A stretch of 63,447 bases of DNA, filler included, from 9 parts of 9 records of this genome joined end to end with filler, not necessarily neighbours in it; one strand, 5' to 3'; positions 41,690 through 52,251 are shown, numbered from the whole stretch's first letter. A program made the numbers and translations. Notes: a model not told the origin generated them from the sequence alone.

Positions 41690-42739
41690 CTACTGTATAT
41701 TTTCCGGAAATCTCTGGATCTCAGCCTCTTCAGACAGCTCTTTGACCACATCTGCGGCCGCCTGCTGAAAAGCCTGCTGCTGTTTCTGCATACCAATAAC
41801 ATTACCGATATACTGCCTTACCGTCTGGGTCTGAACAGGACTGACAGGATCGTCCAGCTCGAGGAATTTCTTATCCGTGTGCTGTGTTACTTTCAGAATA
41901 TGGTATCCCTGACTGGATTCCAGTACAGGACTGAGTTTATTCAGATCCATATCAAAAATCGCATTGAGGAAATCCCCGCCGAACACAGCAATATTGTTAT
42001 CGCTCCGGTCTATAAAACTGCCGATATCACCTTCCCTTACCAGGGAGTTCTTATCATCAGAAACCTCTCGGACCATCTCCACAAAAGTGGCATCGCCTCT
42101 CTGAATCTTTTTATAGGTGTCTTCTGCCAGGTCTTTCTTGGCACTTTTCTCTTCTTCGGAAAGGCCTCTGGTACCGAAAAAGATATGACTGAACCGGACC
42201 ATTTCGGGATTCAGGAATTTCGCTTCGTTCTGACGGTAGAAAAGTTCAATCTCTTCATTCGTCGGAGTGGAAACACGGATCAGAAAATCCCTTTTCTTCT
42301 CGGTGACATACTTCTCCAGAACAAGCTGATTCTTGATATTCTCCTTATAGACCTCATAATCCATGCCGGTCTGATCCAGGATAATCTTTTTGTACTGTTC
42401 CTCGGAAATCGGCTGTCCGATCTGCTGCATCATCTGATTCATGCCGGCCTGAAGAGCCTGCTCATCGGTAACAACCACATTGTCCCGTTCGGCCGCCTGA
42501 AAAACGAGCATCTGGTTGATCAGAGTTTCAAGAACCTGCTCTTTCTCTTCCATAGACAGATTTTTTCCAATCTGCTGCTCATATATTCCGACATTGTAGT
42601 TCAGTTTTTTCTGGGAAATCACATCTGTTTTTGTCAGTTTGACAATTGCGACGGGACGGTCTATGACGGAATTCTGAGCAAACAGCGAGCCTGCAGTCAT
42701 CAGCACCATCAGAATAAATAACCAGTTACGTTTTAGCAT
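41690..42739 (-). CDS. SurA/PrsA-like parvulin peptidyl-prolyl isomerase
   Basis: Signal peptide; VRFSHIFF, SDD...GDIG, SPVLESSQGYHILKV. Confidence 0.85.
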   Translation of the reverse strand: MLKRNWLFILMVLMTAGSLFAQNSVIDRPVAIVKLTKTDVISQKKLNYNVGIYEQQIGKNLSMEEKEQVLETLINQMLVFQAAERDNVVVTDEQALQAGMNQMMQQIGQPISEEQYKKIILDQTGMDYEVYKENIKNQLVLEKYVTEKKRDFLIRVSTPTNEEIELFYRQNEAKFLNPEMVRFSHIFFGTRGLSEEEKSAKKDLAEDTYKKIQRGDATFVEMVREVSDDKNSLVREGDIGSFIDRSDNNIAVFGGDFLNAIFDMDLNKLSPVLESSQGYHILKVTQHTDKKFLELDDPVSPVQTQTVRQYIGNVIGMQKQQQAFQQAAADVVKELSEEAEIQRFPENIQ

Positions 42740-42780
42740 TGCATATCCTCGAGTCGTGTTTTTGATATTAATAAAACAAC

Positions 42781-43191
42781 TTACTTTATATGAAGTTTCT
42801 TGCCAATTGCTTCCGCTTCGTCCTTTGAAGTGACAATATCGGAAATTTTCAGGAACATTCCTTCCTTTTCCATACACTTCATCAGTCTCTGCAGAGCTTT
42901 TGAAACAAAAAATCCTTTTTTCACGATAAAAGCATAACACTTTGTTCCGGATACCCTTCCGGCATTTTTCAGATAGTCACTGATTCTATCAGAGATTTTT
43001 CCGCTGAAAAGAGAATTCGGAGTGGTGCCGATCAGTATGTACTCAAAAATGGTGAGTTTACTGTCCGTATCGGTATCTCCGTTAATCATGGTCACCTGAT
43101 GCCCCTGAGATTCGATACCTCTGGCCAGATGAGACGCAATATCTTTTACTTTTTCCGAGCCGTTTTTAAAATATAATACAGCCACACGCAT
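42781..43191 (-). CDS. Flavodoxin-fold hypothetical protein
   Basis: MRVAVLYF, IASHLARGIESQGHQV, MEKEGM..AEAIGKKL. Confidence 0.65.
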   Translation of the reverse strand: MRVAVLYFKNGSEKVKDIASHLARGIESQGHQVTMINGDTDTDSKLTIFEYILIGTTPNSLFSGKISDRISDYLKNAGRVSGTKCYAFIVKKGFFVSKALQRLMKCMEKEGMFLKISDIVTSKDEAEAIGKKLHIK

Positions 43192-43251
43192 GTTAGAAAG
43201 CTCCTTTATAAACAGAAAAGAATGGGAGAACGGATCTCCCATCCCTTTCCA

Positions 43252-43614
43252 TTAATCTTCGGGGATAACCAGAGAACTTCCTTCTTCGGCTCCCTCACTG
43301 ACATCCGCGTTCCACCAGTCCTGACCGGCGCTGTTTTCAGCGTTGATCCTTCTGGCTTCGCCAAGGACATCACTGCTGTTCGGTGTCTTAACGATAATAG
43401 CAACAAGAAGAGAACAGGCCATAAAGAGACTTCCCAATATGGTCGTAATTCTCACCAGTGCCTTGTTTGTCGCACCACCGAAAGGAGAACCGCTGGAACC
43501 TCCGAAGAGACCTCCAAGTCCTTCCCCCTGATCATCCTGCAACAGAACGAAAAGGATCAGCAGCATACAGACCAGGACAAACAGAATGATCAGTAATGTA
43601 CCAACAATACCCAT
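43252..43614 (-). CDS. secG: Preprotein translocase subunit SecG
   Basis: Two TM helices flanking VLLQ..GEGLGGLFGG; downstream of tpiA. Confidence 0.92.
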   Translation of the reverse strand: MGIVGTLLIILFVLVCMLLILFVLLQDDQGEGLGGLFGGSSGSPFGGATNKALVRITTILGSLFMACSLLVAIIVKTPNSSDVLGEARRINAENSAGQDWWNADVSEGAEEGSSLVIPED

Positions 43615-43699
43615 TGTCAAACTCCCAGGTAATTATTAGGCAGCGCCTTCACCCGGTTCGGGCGAAGGCGCTAGTGCTTCCGTCTGAGACGGTTGCATT

Positions 43700-43737
43700 A
43701 AATTAACACACTCCGTGAACTACTTCAAGAAGTAGTT
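43700..43737 (-). promoter_or_regulatory. Putative secG promoter overlapped by a palindrome
   Basis: TTGAAG (43728-43723) - 17 nt - TAATTT (43705-43700) preceded by TG; dyad AACTACTTC-AA-GAAGTAGTT at 43718-43737. Confidence 0.45.
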
Positions 43738-43745
43738 GGAATTGT

Positions 43746-43992
43746 TTATTTATTAAAGTTGACCAGTTCGGCAAAAGAATCGGCTTTGAGAGACGCTCCG
43801 CCGATCAGTCCGCCGTCGATGTTGGCCATGGCCATCAGGTTTACCACATTACCGGGATTCATGGAACCGCCGTACTGAATGACGATTTTTTCCGCAGCAG
43901 CGTCGGTATAAAGATCAGCGACCTTCTTTCTGCAGGCGGCATGAATGGCGTCAGCATCCTCGGGAGTGGCTGTTTTACCGGTTCCGATGGCC
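43746..43992 (-). CDS. tpiA: Triosephosphate isomerase, C-terminal part (absent from the ORF track)
   Basis: Own translation: AIGTGKTATPEDADAIH...IQYGGSMNP...IDGGLIGGASLKADSF. Confidence 0.95.
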
Positions 43993-44092
43993 NNNNNNNN
44001 NNNNNNNNNNNNNNNNNNNNNNNNNNNNNNNNNNNNTTAATTAATTAANNNNNNNNNNNNNNNNNNNNNNNNNNNNNNNNNNNNNNNNNNNN
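43993..44092. other. Artificial contig linker
   Basis: N44-TTAATTAATTAA-N44. Confidence 0.99.
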
Positions 44093-46149
44093 ATGGCCAG
44101 GCCCAGACCGGTGCCGCCGTACTTTCTCGTCATCGAGGTGTCGGCCTGGCTGAACGACTTGAACAATTTACTCTTCTGCTCAGCAGTCATTCCTATGCCA
44201 GTATCCTGCACGGAGAACAAGAGAGTGACGTCCTTCTCGGAATGTCCGGTGGTGGCTATGGAGACGACGATCTCTCCCTTTTCAGGTGTGAACTTGACAG
44301 CGTTATTGGCCAGGTTGAGCAAAATCTGTCCCAGGCGCAGGGGATCTCCAACAAGCACAAATGGTACCTCAGGAGCGATCCGGAAATGCAGTTCCAGATC
44401 TTTTTCCTCGGTTTTCAGGCCGACAATGCCCGCAAGGTTGTCCATCACGTCGTCGAGCCGGAATTCTATGGACTCAAGATCCAGCTTACCCGCTTCTATT
44501 TTACTGAAATCGAGAATATCGTTAATAACCCCTAACAGCGACTCGGCACTGCGGTGCACTTTCTCGATGTAGTTGCGCTGTTTACGATCTAACCCAGTCT
44601 GCAGAGCTAGATGGCTCATGCCGATAATGGCATTCATCGGAGTTCGTATTTCATGCGACATGTTGGCCAGAAAATTTGACTTGGCCTGATTGGCGTAGTC
44701 AGCTTTTTCTTTGGCCAGTCCAAGATCGTCCGTCAGGGCCTCCATGGCACGCTGCGACTTGAAAATTAAAAAGGCCAGCAGGAGAATGGCGGCCAGAAAG
44801 ACCATGCCGATGATGATCATGTAATCGGACACCTCCCGGGCTTCCTCTACTTCGCGGGTCCTTAGATCACGGATGCTGTCAAGGAGTGCGTCGGCCCCGC
44901 GGGCGGATCTGACCATTGCTCCTGCCACCTGGTCCGAGAGCAATGCCACCAGCTCAAGCTCGATGAAATTGTCAAGGTAACTCTGGATACTGGGAATAAA
45001 CTCGGCAAAGACATCTCTTTCCGCATTTTCAATAAGGCGGCTGCGAGTCTGTTCAGCCTGTCTCAGCATCGATTTAAGCAGTTCTTTCACCTGCTGAGCA
45101 TAGGCCTGCTTCGAATCCATCGCAGTGGCCATGGAAAAGTCCCGATCGACCTGTCGTGCTGTGGCGAGGCTGGTCAACATCGTATCGACGGTTTCGTTGA
45201 GCTCGAGACGCCGGGACATCAGCTCCTGGGTATCGCTGAGTTCACGCTGCTTCTGGCTTAGCACGCTTTTCTCGTTAGTGCGCAGGGCGTAGCTTGTATC
45301 GACCAGACGGATTGAACTCTGATCGAGATCGCGGAACTGGCTGGAGCTGGCGTTAAGAGTCGTGAGTCCTTCAATGGCCAGCATTGCATCGAGAACCTCG
45401 AGGTGGCGGATAAGTGATGACTGCATGCGGGCCAGCAACTCACGGCTGTAATCATCCTTCAGCCGCTCGTCGAGCAGCGTCAGCGTTGCCTCGAGCCGTT
45501 CGCTTTCCCGCCGCGCCTGGTGGAGATCCGCCGGATCACGGGAGATCCGAAAATCGCGTTCGAAAAGCCGCGCTGTCTTGGCCTGAATAACCACCTCATA
45601 GGAGTTTGCCGCATTCTCCGATATGTCCTCCATCTGCTGACGAAGCAGGCGAAGATCGATGTTATCCTGGTCGATAAAGCCCTGCTGAAGCAACTTCAGA
45701 TCAGCGGCCACCTCCGATGCACTGGCCGCAGCCTGCACCATCGAAGTCCTTGAGTCATCCGCCTGGACGCGCAGCTCAACATAACGGGAGAACTGGCGGT
45801 TGTAATTTTCGATAGCCTCAACCAGCTCAACGAGGGTCTGTTTCGTCTCCTCATCCTGGTTTGGGCCTTCAAATTTGCGAGCCAGCTCCTGGGTTCGGGC
45901 AATGGCGTTTTGGGCCTGGCGCGCCAGCTCAGGGTCGTTGTCGCGTACAAAACTGAGTTCGGCAAGTCGTGCCTGATCGAGCAGCAACACCAGTTCACCG
46001 GCGACCGAGTAGCGATCGATGGATTTATAGAGCTTTCTCAGCCCCAACGCCCCGATGATACTGACAGCAAATAACAGCACGATAGCCAGGCCGAAACCCA
46101 GCATAATCCGTTTGCTGTCGGTTCCGTTTTCCTGGCTGGGCTTCGGCAT
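44093..46149 (-). CDS. Hybrid-type sensor histidine kinase with a large helical periplasmic domain, 3'-truncated
   Basis: [50 protein letters not shown]. Confidence 0.93.
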
Positions 46150-46162
46150 CGGCTAGTGTCTT

Positions 46163-47206
46163 TCAGACGCGTTCGTTGGAGTCGTCATATTGCCCTTGTA
46201 CATTTCTCACCTGGGGCAATACCTTGATAAAGAGGGGAATCAATTGTGGATCGAAATGTTGGCCCGCTTCTTCCTGCAGAAGATCCAGGACCTTTTCCTC
46301 GGGCCAGGCATCCTTGTATGGGCGCACGCTGCTGAGGGCATCGAAGACGTCTGCAACGGCAACAATGCGGGCCGAGAGAGGGATGTCCTCTCCACTGATG
46401 CCATTGGGATACCCCGCCCCATTCCACTTCTCATGATGGTTAATGGCGATTTCCCGCGCCATTTGAAGAATCTGAGAATCATGCTCACCGATAATCTCAG
46501 CCCCATATTCGGCATGGCGCTTCATGATCTCCCATTCTCCCGCATCGAGTTTACCCGGCTTGAGCAACACCCTATCGGGGATTCCGATCTTGCCGATATC
46601 ATGCATCGGCGCAGCACTGTACAGCAGTTCACACCAGTCATCCGGCATGTCCAGCGCTTCTGCTAAAAACCGGCAAAACATGCTCATGCGAATAACATGC
46701 AAGCCCGTCTCATTATCCTTGTATTCTGCAGCCCGGCCCAACCGCCGGATAATTTCAAGCCTGGTGTCGTGCAGTTCCTCGGTACGCTGCTGCACCAGAC
46801 CTTCCAGGTGGCGGGACTGGTCATAGAGGTGCAGGTGGGTCTTGACGCGCGCCAGCACGATGGGCGGGCTGATGGGCTTGGTAATATAATCGACGGCACC
46901 AAGCGAGAAACCTTTCTGCTCATCCTCGACTTCGGATTTGGCCGTGACGAAAATGATCGGAATCATCGCGGTAAGGGGATCCGCCTTGAGCCGTCGGCAA
47001 ACTTCATGGCCGTCCATCTCAGGCATCATCACATCCAGCAGGATCAAGTCCGGCTTGGGATTCTTGGCCGCAATGGCCAGTGCTGTTTTTCCGTTGAGCG
47101 CCGCCTTCACCTTGTATTTTGGGCGCAGAAGTCCGCTCAGTACATCTATGTTTTCAGGAGTATCATCAACAATCAGTATTGTCGCTTGAGCTGAATCGTT
47201 CATCAT
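46163..47206 (-). CDS. RpfG-like response regulator (REC + HD-GYP c-di-GMP phosphodiesterase)
   Basis: IVDD, LLDVMMP, HDIGKIG, HHEKWNGAGYP, RPYK. Confidence 0.94.
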   Translation of the reverse strand: MMNDSAQATILIVDDTPENIDVLSGLLRPKYKVKAALNGKTALAIAAKNPKPDLILLDVMMPEMDGHEVCRRLKADPLTAMIPIIFVTAKSEVEDEQKGFSLGAVDYITKPISPPIVLARVKTHLHLYDQSRHLEGLVQQRTEELHDTRLEIIRRLGRAAEYKDNETGLHVIRMSMFCRFLAEALDMPDDWCELLYSAAPMHDIGKIGIPDRVLLKPGKLDAGEWEIMKRHAEYGAEIIGEHDSQILQMAREIAINHHEKWNGAGYPNGISGEDIPLSARIVAVADVFDALSSVRPYKDAWPEEKVLDLLQEEAGQHFDPQLIPLFIKVLPQVRNVQGQYDDSNERV

Positions 47207-47424
47207 TGCAACCGAAGGTCTTAAATGTAATCAGTAGCTTAAAACTATCACATGTGTCGGATTTAGAGAACAACAACACCAGAGAGAAATAGATTAGACC
47301 CTTATGAGGTAAGGATCAAGCCCTATTACAAGAAGCCCCGATGAAAGTAGTGTATATTTTTAACTGGTTGGACTTTTTTTAGGTTAGGAGAAAAATGGAC
47401 CATACCTTGATGGACAGGTACAAG

Positions 47425-47728
47425 TCTTAGTGTCAATCTCAATTGCTAGTGCCTCTCGGTTGTAGTCGTCTATGACGTTGAATGTCCTGAACCGTTTGCC
47501 AGCATATAGTGCATCACTCATAAAATCTGCTGACCACATCTGGTTGGCCTGGTCGGGAACAAACAACGGCTGTCGGACTCGTTGTGGAATACGCTTCTTG
47601 GCTCTTCGCTTCTGGTTCAATTTCAGGTTGCAGTACACGCGATACACACGTTTGTGATTCCAGCCAAAGCCATCTCTCTTCAGAATCTTAAACGTTTTTC
47701 AGAATCCATGACGTGAGTGCCTCGACAT
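47425..47728 (-). mobile_element. IS3-family transposase (OrfB) fragment, pseudogene
   Basis: HGF*K..WNHKRVYRVY...NQMWSADFMSD..FRTFNVIDDYNREALAIEID, with an in-frame TGA and truncated at both ends. Confidence 0.88.
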
Positions 47729-47732
47729 GACT

Positions 47733-48422
47733 TCAGCCAATGAACATATCCTGTGTTATCTCTTTGCCGGGAGCAAGCCTGATGAATTCATCATCTGTAT
47801 ATGGTCCAAAAACCAACTTCTTGAAAAACTCGCGGCTTCGTCCTTCGATTTCCAGGTATTCCATTCCGAAAAACATAGCATTTTTCATACCGATCCGGCG
47901 CATCGCCTCGAGGTCGGATACGCCGGTATCGACCAGGACGATATGAGTGTAGTGTTTCAGTTCTTCTTTCTTTGCCCACTCTGCGGTTTCTCTTCCATAT
48001 CGGGGTACGTAGTCGTCCTCAATAATGCTCAATGGGTCTTTTCGTTCAGTAATCCAGCCGGGAGTCAGATAATAGGAACCGGGACGGGAATGAAAATCAT
48101 CGAGATAAGCCTGAGGAGATCCAAGGAAAAAGCCGATACAGTCATGGCAGCGCGGCACAAACATCTCCTGCATACCGGCTTTCACGCCTACGATACCGTT
48201 TGAGCAGAGACCATATCCGAGCACCATCCTGTCCACGCTAAAGTTTACGCGGTCAATGACCTCCTGAACCCTCTCGGCCATTTGCACCGGCGTCCGGTGC
48301 AATTCCTGATCGAGATAAAACGTATGAATCCGTCTATATCCTCGTTTCGCTGCCTCGATCTCAGGTTCCATGATCCGGCAGGCGATCACAGCCACTTGCG
48401 AGTCCGTACATTCATTCGTCAT
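47733..48422 (-). CDS. DUF1638 protein
   Basis: IAC, LHRTP, LGYGLCSNG, PRCHDCI, YYLTPGW. Confidence 0.88.
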   Translation of the reverse strand: MTNECTDSQVAVIACRIMEPEIEAAKRGYRRIHTFYLDQELHRTPVQMAERVQEVIDRVNFSVDRMVLGYGLCSNGIVGVKAGMQEMFVPRCHDCIGFFLGSPQAYLDDFHSRPGSYYLTPGWITERKDPLSIIEDDYVPRYGRETAEWAKKEELKHYTHIVLVDTGVSDLEAMRRIGMKNAMFFGMEYLEIEGRSREFFKKLVFGPYTDDEFIRLAPGKEITQDMFIG

Positions 48423-48653
48423 AATTAAAACAGATCATTAATCAGGTCCGGCAATGCAGGTATCTCGCATGAACAGGTCTGGAGATGGGGAAGAGGTGCA
48501 TTCTGGTTGCAAGATCAGATTTGGCATTTCTCCGAATCCGAATTATTGAAGTTTATTAATGCCCATGATTATAATTACACAGTAACTAATGCCTGTTAGA
48601 TTATTGCTGCTGCATCAGAGTGGCTGTTGTCAAAATGAGAAAGTTCAAAACAC

Positions 48654-49445
48654 CTATAAAGAACCGGCTCTATAGCTGCTCAAATAGTTCATACAGAAAT
48701 CATCCCGCCCCGCCAGCGTCTCTGCAGTGACGATGGTTGCCATCATCTTTTTATCAAGCGGGTTTACGATAGCTCCATTGAGCCCTTTGCAGATTGCCAT
48801 CGCCATAAAAGTCCGGTTCATAATTTTCCGCTCAGGTAAGCCATATGAAATATTGGAAAGGCCGCAGGCAGTATTTACTCCTGGATATCGTATCATGATT
48901 TGCTCGATCGCATCCAAAAATTCCATCCCATATCTCTTGTTTGTGGCAATCGGTTGCACTAGGGGATCAACAAAGATGTTTTCGATAGCGACATTGTTTT
49001 TCGTTAGATCGTTGATGAGTTTTTCAGCGATCCTGAGCCGATCATCAACGGTTTCCGGCATCCCCTCATCGGACATACACAATGCTACCACTTTAAGATC
49101 ACTGTCTCTTAGTACTGGCAGCAAAGTCTCGTACCTATCTTTTTCAAGAGATACAGAGTTGACCATCGCCTTACCCTGATGAACCATCAAAGCCGCTTCA
49201 ATGGCTTTTGGATCGGGACTGTCGATACAGCATGGGATATCGACCTCGGACTGTACCGTCTTCACCAGCCATTTGAGGCAATCCGCTTCCTTATCGCTGA
49301 ACACGCCAGCGTTGATATCAATATAATTGGCTCCAGCATTGTGCTGATCACGGGCTAGTTTCCTTATCACCTCACTACTTTGTTCCTCGATCGCCATCTT
49401 TACCGTTTTCCGGCTGGCGTTGATAAGTTCACCTACGATTATCAT
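48654..49445 (-). CDS. Methyltetrahydrofolate:corrinoid methyltransferase (AcsE-like, pterin-binding; MT2)
   Basis: MIIVGELINASRK, IDINAG, CIDS, VNS, VDPLV, GLSNISYGLP.R. Confidence 0.92.
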   Translation of the reverse strand: MIIVGELINASRKTVKMAIEEQSSEVIRKLARDQHNAGANYIDINAGVFSDKEADCLKWLVKTVQSEVDIPCCIDSPDPKAIEAALMVHQGKAMVNSVSLEKDRYETLLPVLRDSDLKVVALCMSDEGMPETVDDRLRIAEKLINDLTKNNVAIENIFVDPLVQPIATNKRYGMEFLDAIEQIMIRYPGVNTACGLSNISYGLPERKIMNRTFMAMAICKGLNGAIVNPLDKKMMATIVTAETLAGRDDFCMNYLSSYRAGSL

Positions 49446-49485
49446 TGTTTATCCTGTAATTGTGCCATTATTTTTAACATTCAGA

Positions 49486-50130
49486 CTAATTAGCTAGAAG
49501 TTTTCTAGCCAATTCAACAGCCTCGCCACCATCTTGTGCATATCCATCTGCTCCTATGTCACGGGCAAATTTATCATTTACCGGAGCGCCGCCAACCATA
49601 ACCTTGATGTTTGAACGCAACTGCGCTGTTTCAAGGGCATCAATAATGTTTTTCATCTGTGGCATAGTGGTGGTGAGAAGCGCTGAGATGGCGAGAATAT
49701 CGGGGTTGTGCTGGTTAACCTGCCTAACGAATTCCTCCGTCTCAATGTTTATTCCTAAATCAACTATATCGAACCCAACACCTTTCAACATGGTACTAAC
49801 GAGATTTTTGCCTATATCATGCAAATCTCCATGAACCGTGCCGATGAGGATTTTCCCTTGCTGCTTATATTTTCGGCTGCCAGCAAGGGTTCAAGAACCG
49901 TCAATGCTTCATTCAAGGCTCTTGCAGACAGTAGAACTTCCGGTATAAAAACGGTTCCATCCTTGAACCGACTGCCGATAACGTCCATTGCCGAGAGCAT
50001 GCCCAAATTTAAGATATCCTGTGGAGCATAGTTCTTACTCAATGCGTCTTTGACATGCTCCTTTATCTGGATATTGTCTCCATTGAGGACATCTTCTTGG
50101 ATCTTTTTAAAATCTTCGTTCAGCTCATAA
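49486..50130 (-). CDS. Corrinoid protein domains (cap + B12-binding); frameshift at 49851-49854; probably the C-terminal part of a fusion
   Basis: MDVIGSRF...FIPEVLLSA, GTVHGDLHDIGKNLV (DxHxxG), SALLTTT, VMVGGAP, IGADGY; no start codon ahead of the cap helix. Confidence 0.88.
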
Positions 50131-51463
50131 TCCGATACTGAGGGAGCGGGGGATGGGATCGGGAGGCTTCCGCTGTTTGGGAATTCTGCGGCTGTGACGG
50201 TTTTCTGTCTTGTCTCAGCTGATCTTCTGATAAAAGAACTGCTGCCCCAGCTTTGAGCGGTAGACGACCTTCTTTTTCAATACGCTCGCCCAGACGAACC
50301 AATCTTTCAAAATTAGCTCCTGGAGGAGTTGTATCTCCAATACCGGCTATAAATCTCATGCCAGGTGATATAACCTTGAACATGTGATCTAGATACGCTT
50401 CAAATTCTTCATTTGTGGCAGATTTTTCCAGAAGAACCAATTCGGGAATGCCTCCCCAGAGAGTCAATTTTTCTGAACGACACCATGTGTTGTAGTATTC
50501 TTCTATCTTAACTTTCGTCATCGGATACGGAGTGACCGCCTCGCACACATCAGCGTTGCAATCGGCCAGGATATCCATCAGGCGATTGTTTTCACCATCC
50601 GCATGGATGAGCATCAATTTGTTCTTTGCATGAAACACGCTTGCGGCTTTCCTCCACCATGGCAGCAGATCCTTTTTGAGGTATGCGGGATAGGTGATCA
50701 TGCTGTCGACGTTGGCATCCCAATAGACTGCTTTCGCGGGTGAATCGGCCAGGATAGGCAAAATTTGATTATAACAGTGAGCCAGGGCTTCAACCAACTC
50801 CCCCATTTCTCGCTTGTAGTCATTGTAATGAAGAAAGAACTGGGTAGCGTCAATTAAAACTTTCTGAATGAAATGCATCGGTGAGCCTGCATTTAATGCC
50901 ATGCTATTTTCAAAAGCTAGGCCGTTATCACCGATCTCAGCCTCCCATTGAGAAAAACGCTCATAGGCAGGTTCGAATACCATATGCCCAAAAATGTAGG
51001 CCAGTACTTTGTAATCTTCGGGCCCTTTTATAGCATGTTCCTGAATCCACGGAACAGAAACCCCGGCGTTTTTCATCTCCTCGGTATACCCATGTGTCAC
51101 ACTGACACTTCCGACCGGGGTCGAATACACGACTTTCATTTGGTCGATGTCGCCTTCCGTCTTAATATCTACATCCGCAGAAAATTTAAAATCGTAGGTA
51201 AACTCCTTGAGTCGAACCAGCCCAATACCCCGATGAATAATGTCGTTGGTTTTTTCCGGTTTGAGTAAGTCTGGAACAACTGTATGAAGGGCCCATCCTT
51301 CGGCTAGAGAAATTTCCTCGGCAGTCCGATGCTTGTGCCTCTCGGGTAGAGTCCCTGCACGTTTGTTGGCGTTGTACCACAGGTCTATCCTGGGGACATA
51401 AGGAATCTTGTCGACCAACTCACCGTCGATGACATTTAGAATTCTTTCACGATGGGTAATCAT
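50120..51463 (-). CDS. Uroporphyrinogen-decarboxylase-fold (MtaA/CmuA-like) substrate:corrinoid methyltransferase (MT1)
   Basis: MITHRERIL, YSTPVG, IKGPEDY, IHADGEN, LWGGIP, GDTTPP; AGGAG RBS; located in a corrinoid cluster. Confidence 0.75.
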   Translation of the reverse strand: MITHRERILNVIDGELVDKIPYVPRIDLWYNANKRAGTLPERHKHRTAEEISLAEGWALHTVVPDLLKPEKTNDIIHRGIGLVRLKEFTYDFKFSADVDIKTEGDIDQMKVVYSTPVGSVSVTHGYTEEMKNAGVSVPWIQEHAIKGPEDYKVLAYIFGHMVFEPAYERFSQWEAEIGDNGLAFENSMALNAGSPMHFIQKVLIDATQFFLHYNDYKREMGELVEALAHCYNQILPILADSPAKAVYWDANVDSMITYPAYLKKDLLPWWRKAASVFHAKNKLMLIHADGENNRLMDILADCNADVCEAVTPYPMTKVKIEEYYNTWCRSEKLTLWGGIPELVLLEKSATNEEFEAYLDHMFKVISPGMRFIAGIGDTTPPGANFERLVRLGERIEKEGRLPLKAGAAVLLSEDQLRQDRKPSQPQNSQTAEASRSHPPLPQYRIMS

Positions 51464-51535
51464 AGCGAACTCCTTGATTTTTGTATGTGGTTTTCACTAA
51501 GTGCTTCTACATTTACAACTCAAAAGAAATAGCCT

Positions 51536-52225
51536 TTATTCTTTTCCTATTTGGTCAATCATTTTGAGAGCCTCATCTCTGCCGAGTCTCATATGCTGTT
51601 CCATCAGCGCAACGGCACCACCAACATCCTGCGTCTGAAGCATGTCAAAAAGTTCCAGGTGATGACAAGAAAAGCTTTCCTGCAGACCGGGCCGTGATTC
51701 AATGGATTGATAGCCAAACCATTCAATAAGGTCTCTGATATCTTCCAATGAACTGTAGAGATATCTATTTTGAGTTTTGTCCGCTAGAAACAGGTGAATC
51801 GCTCTATCAGCAAGCTGGTGAGCTCTGAGGTCGCCGTCCCTGATTGCTTTTTTCTCGCTTTTGTGAATGGCTTTCAATTTTTTGATGTCCTCCTTCGTGA
51901 TGAGAGGAACGGCAATCCGAATGATGGTTAGTTCAAGCATTTGTCGAAAAAGGTAGATCTCGGTTATTTCCTCTTTCCCCCAAGAATTAATTTGAAAACC
52001 ACGCCCGCGAATAATCGTGACAAAGCCCATAGAGGCTAATGTGACGAGTGCCTCTCTAATAGGAGTACGGGAAACATTGAGCTCTTTAGCTAAGCCTGAT
52101 TCGCTGTAGAATTTCCCAGGCTTAAGGCGATGGGTAATAATCGCCTTTTTCACAGCCCTCAATGCATGTTCTTTGAAAGTGACCGGCTGAGGGGATTTGG
52201 ATAAATTAGGAACGGGATGAATCAT
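51536..52225 (-). CDS. GntR-family regulator (FCD domain)
   Basis: LAKELNVSRTPIREAL HTH; D..IH and HH..L..L..D...A...M..H. Confidence 0.92.
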   Translation of the reverse strand: MIHPVPNLSKSPQPVTFKEHALRAVKKAIITHRLKPGKFYSESGLAKELNVSRTPIREALVTLASMGFVTIIRGRGFQINSWGKEEITEIYLFRQMLELTIIRIAVPLITKEDIKKLKAIHKSEKKAIRDGDLRAHQLADRAIHLFLADKTQNRYLYSSLEDIRDLIEWFGYQSIESRPGLQESFSCHHLELFDMLQTQDVGGAVALMEQHMRLGRDEALKMIDQIGKE

Positions 52226-52251
52226 ATGAATTTCTCCTTAGACCACATATC

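Noticed and set aside
50120-50280. Programmed -1 frameshift between MT1 and the corrinoid domains
   Set aside because: No X-XXY-YYZ heptamer found in the MT1 frame within the overlap; an assembly indel is more likely, though unproven.
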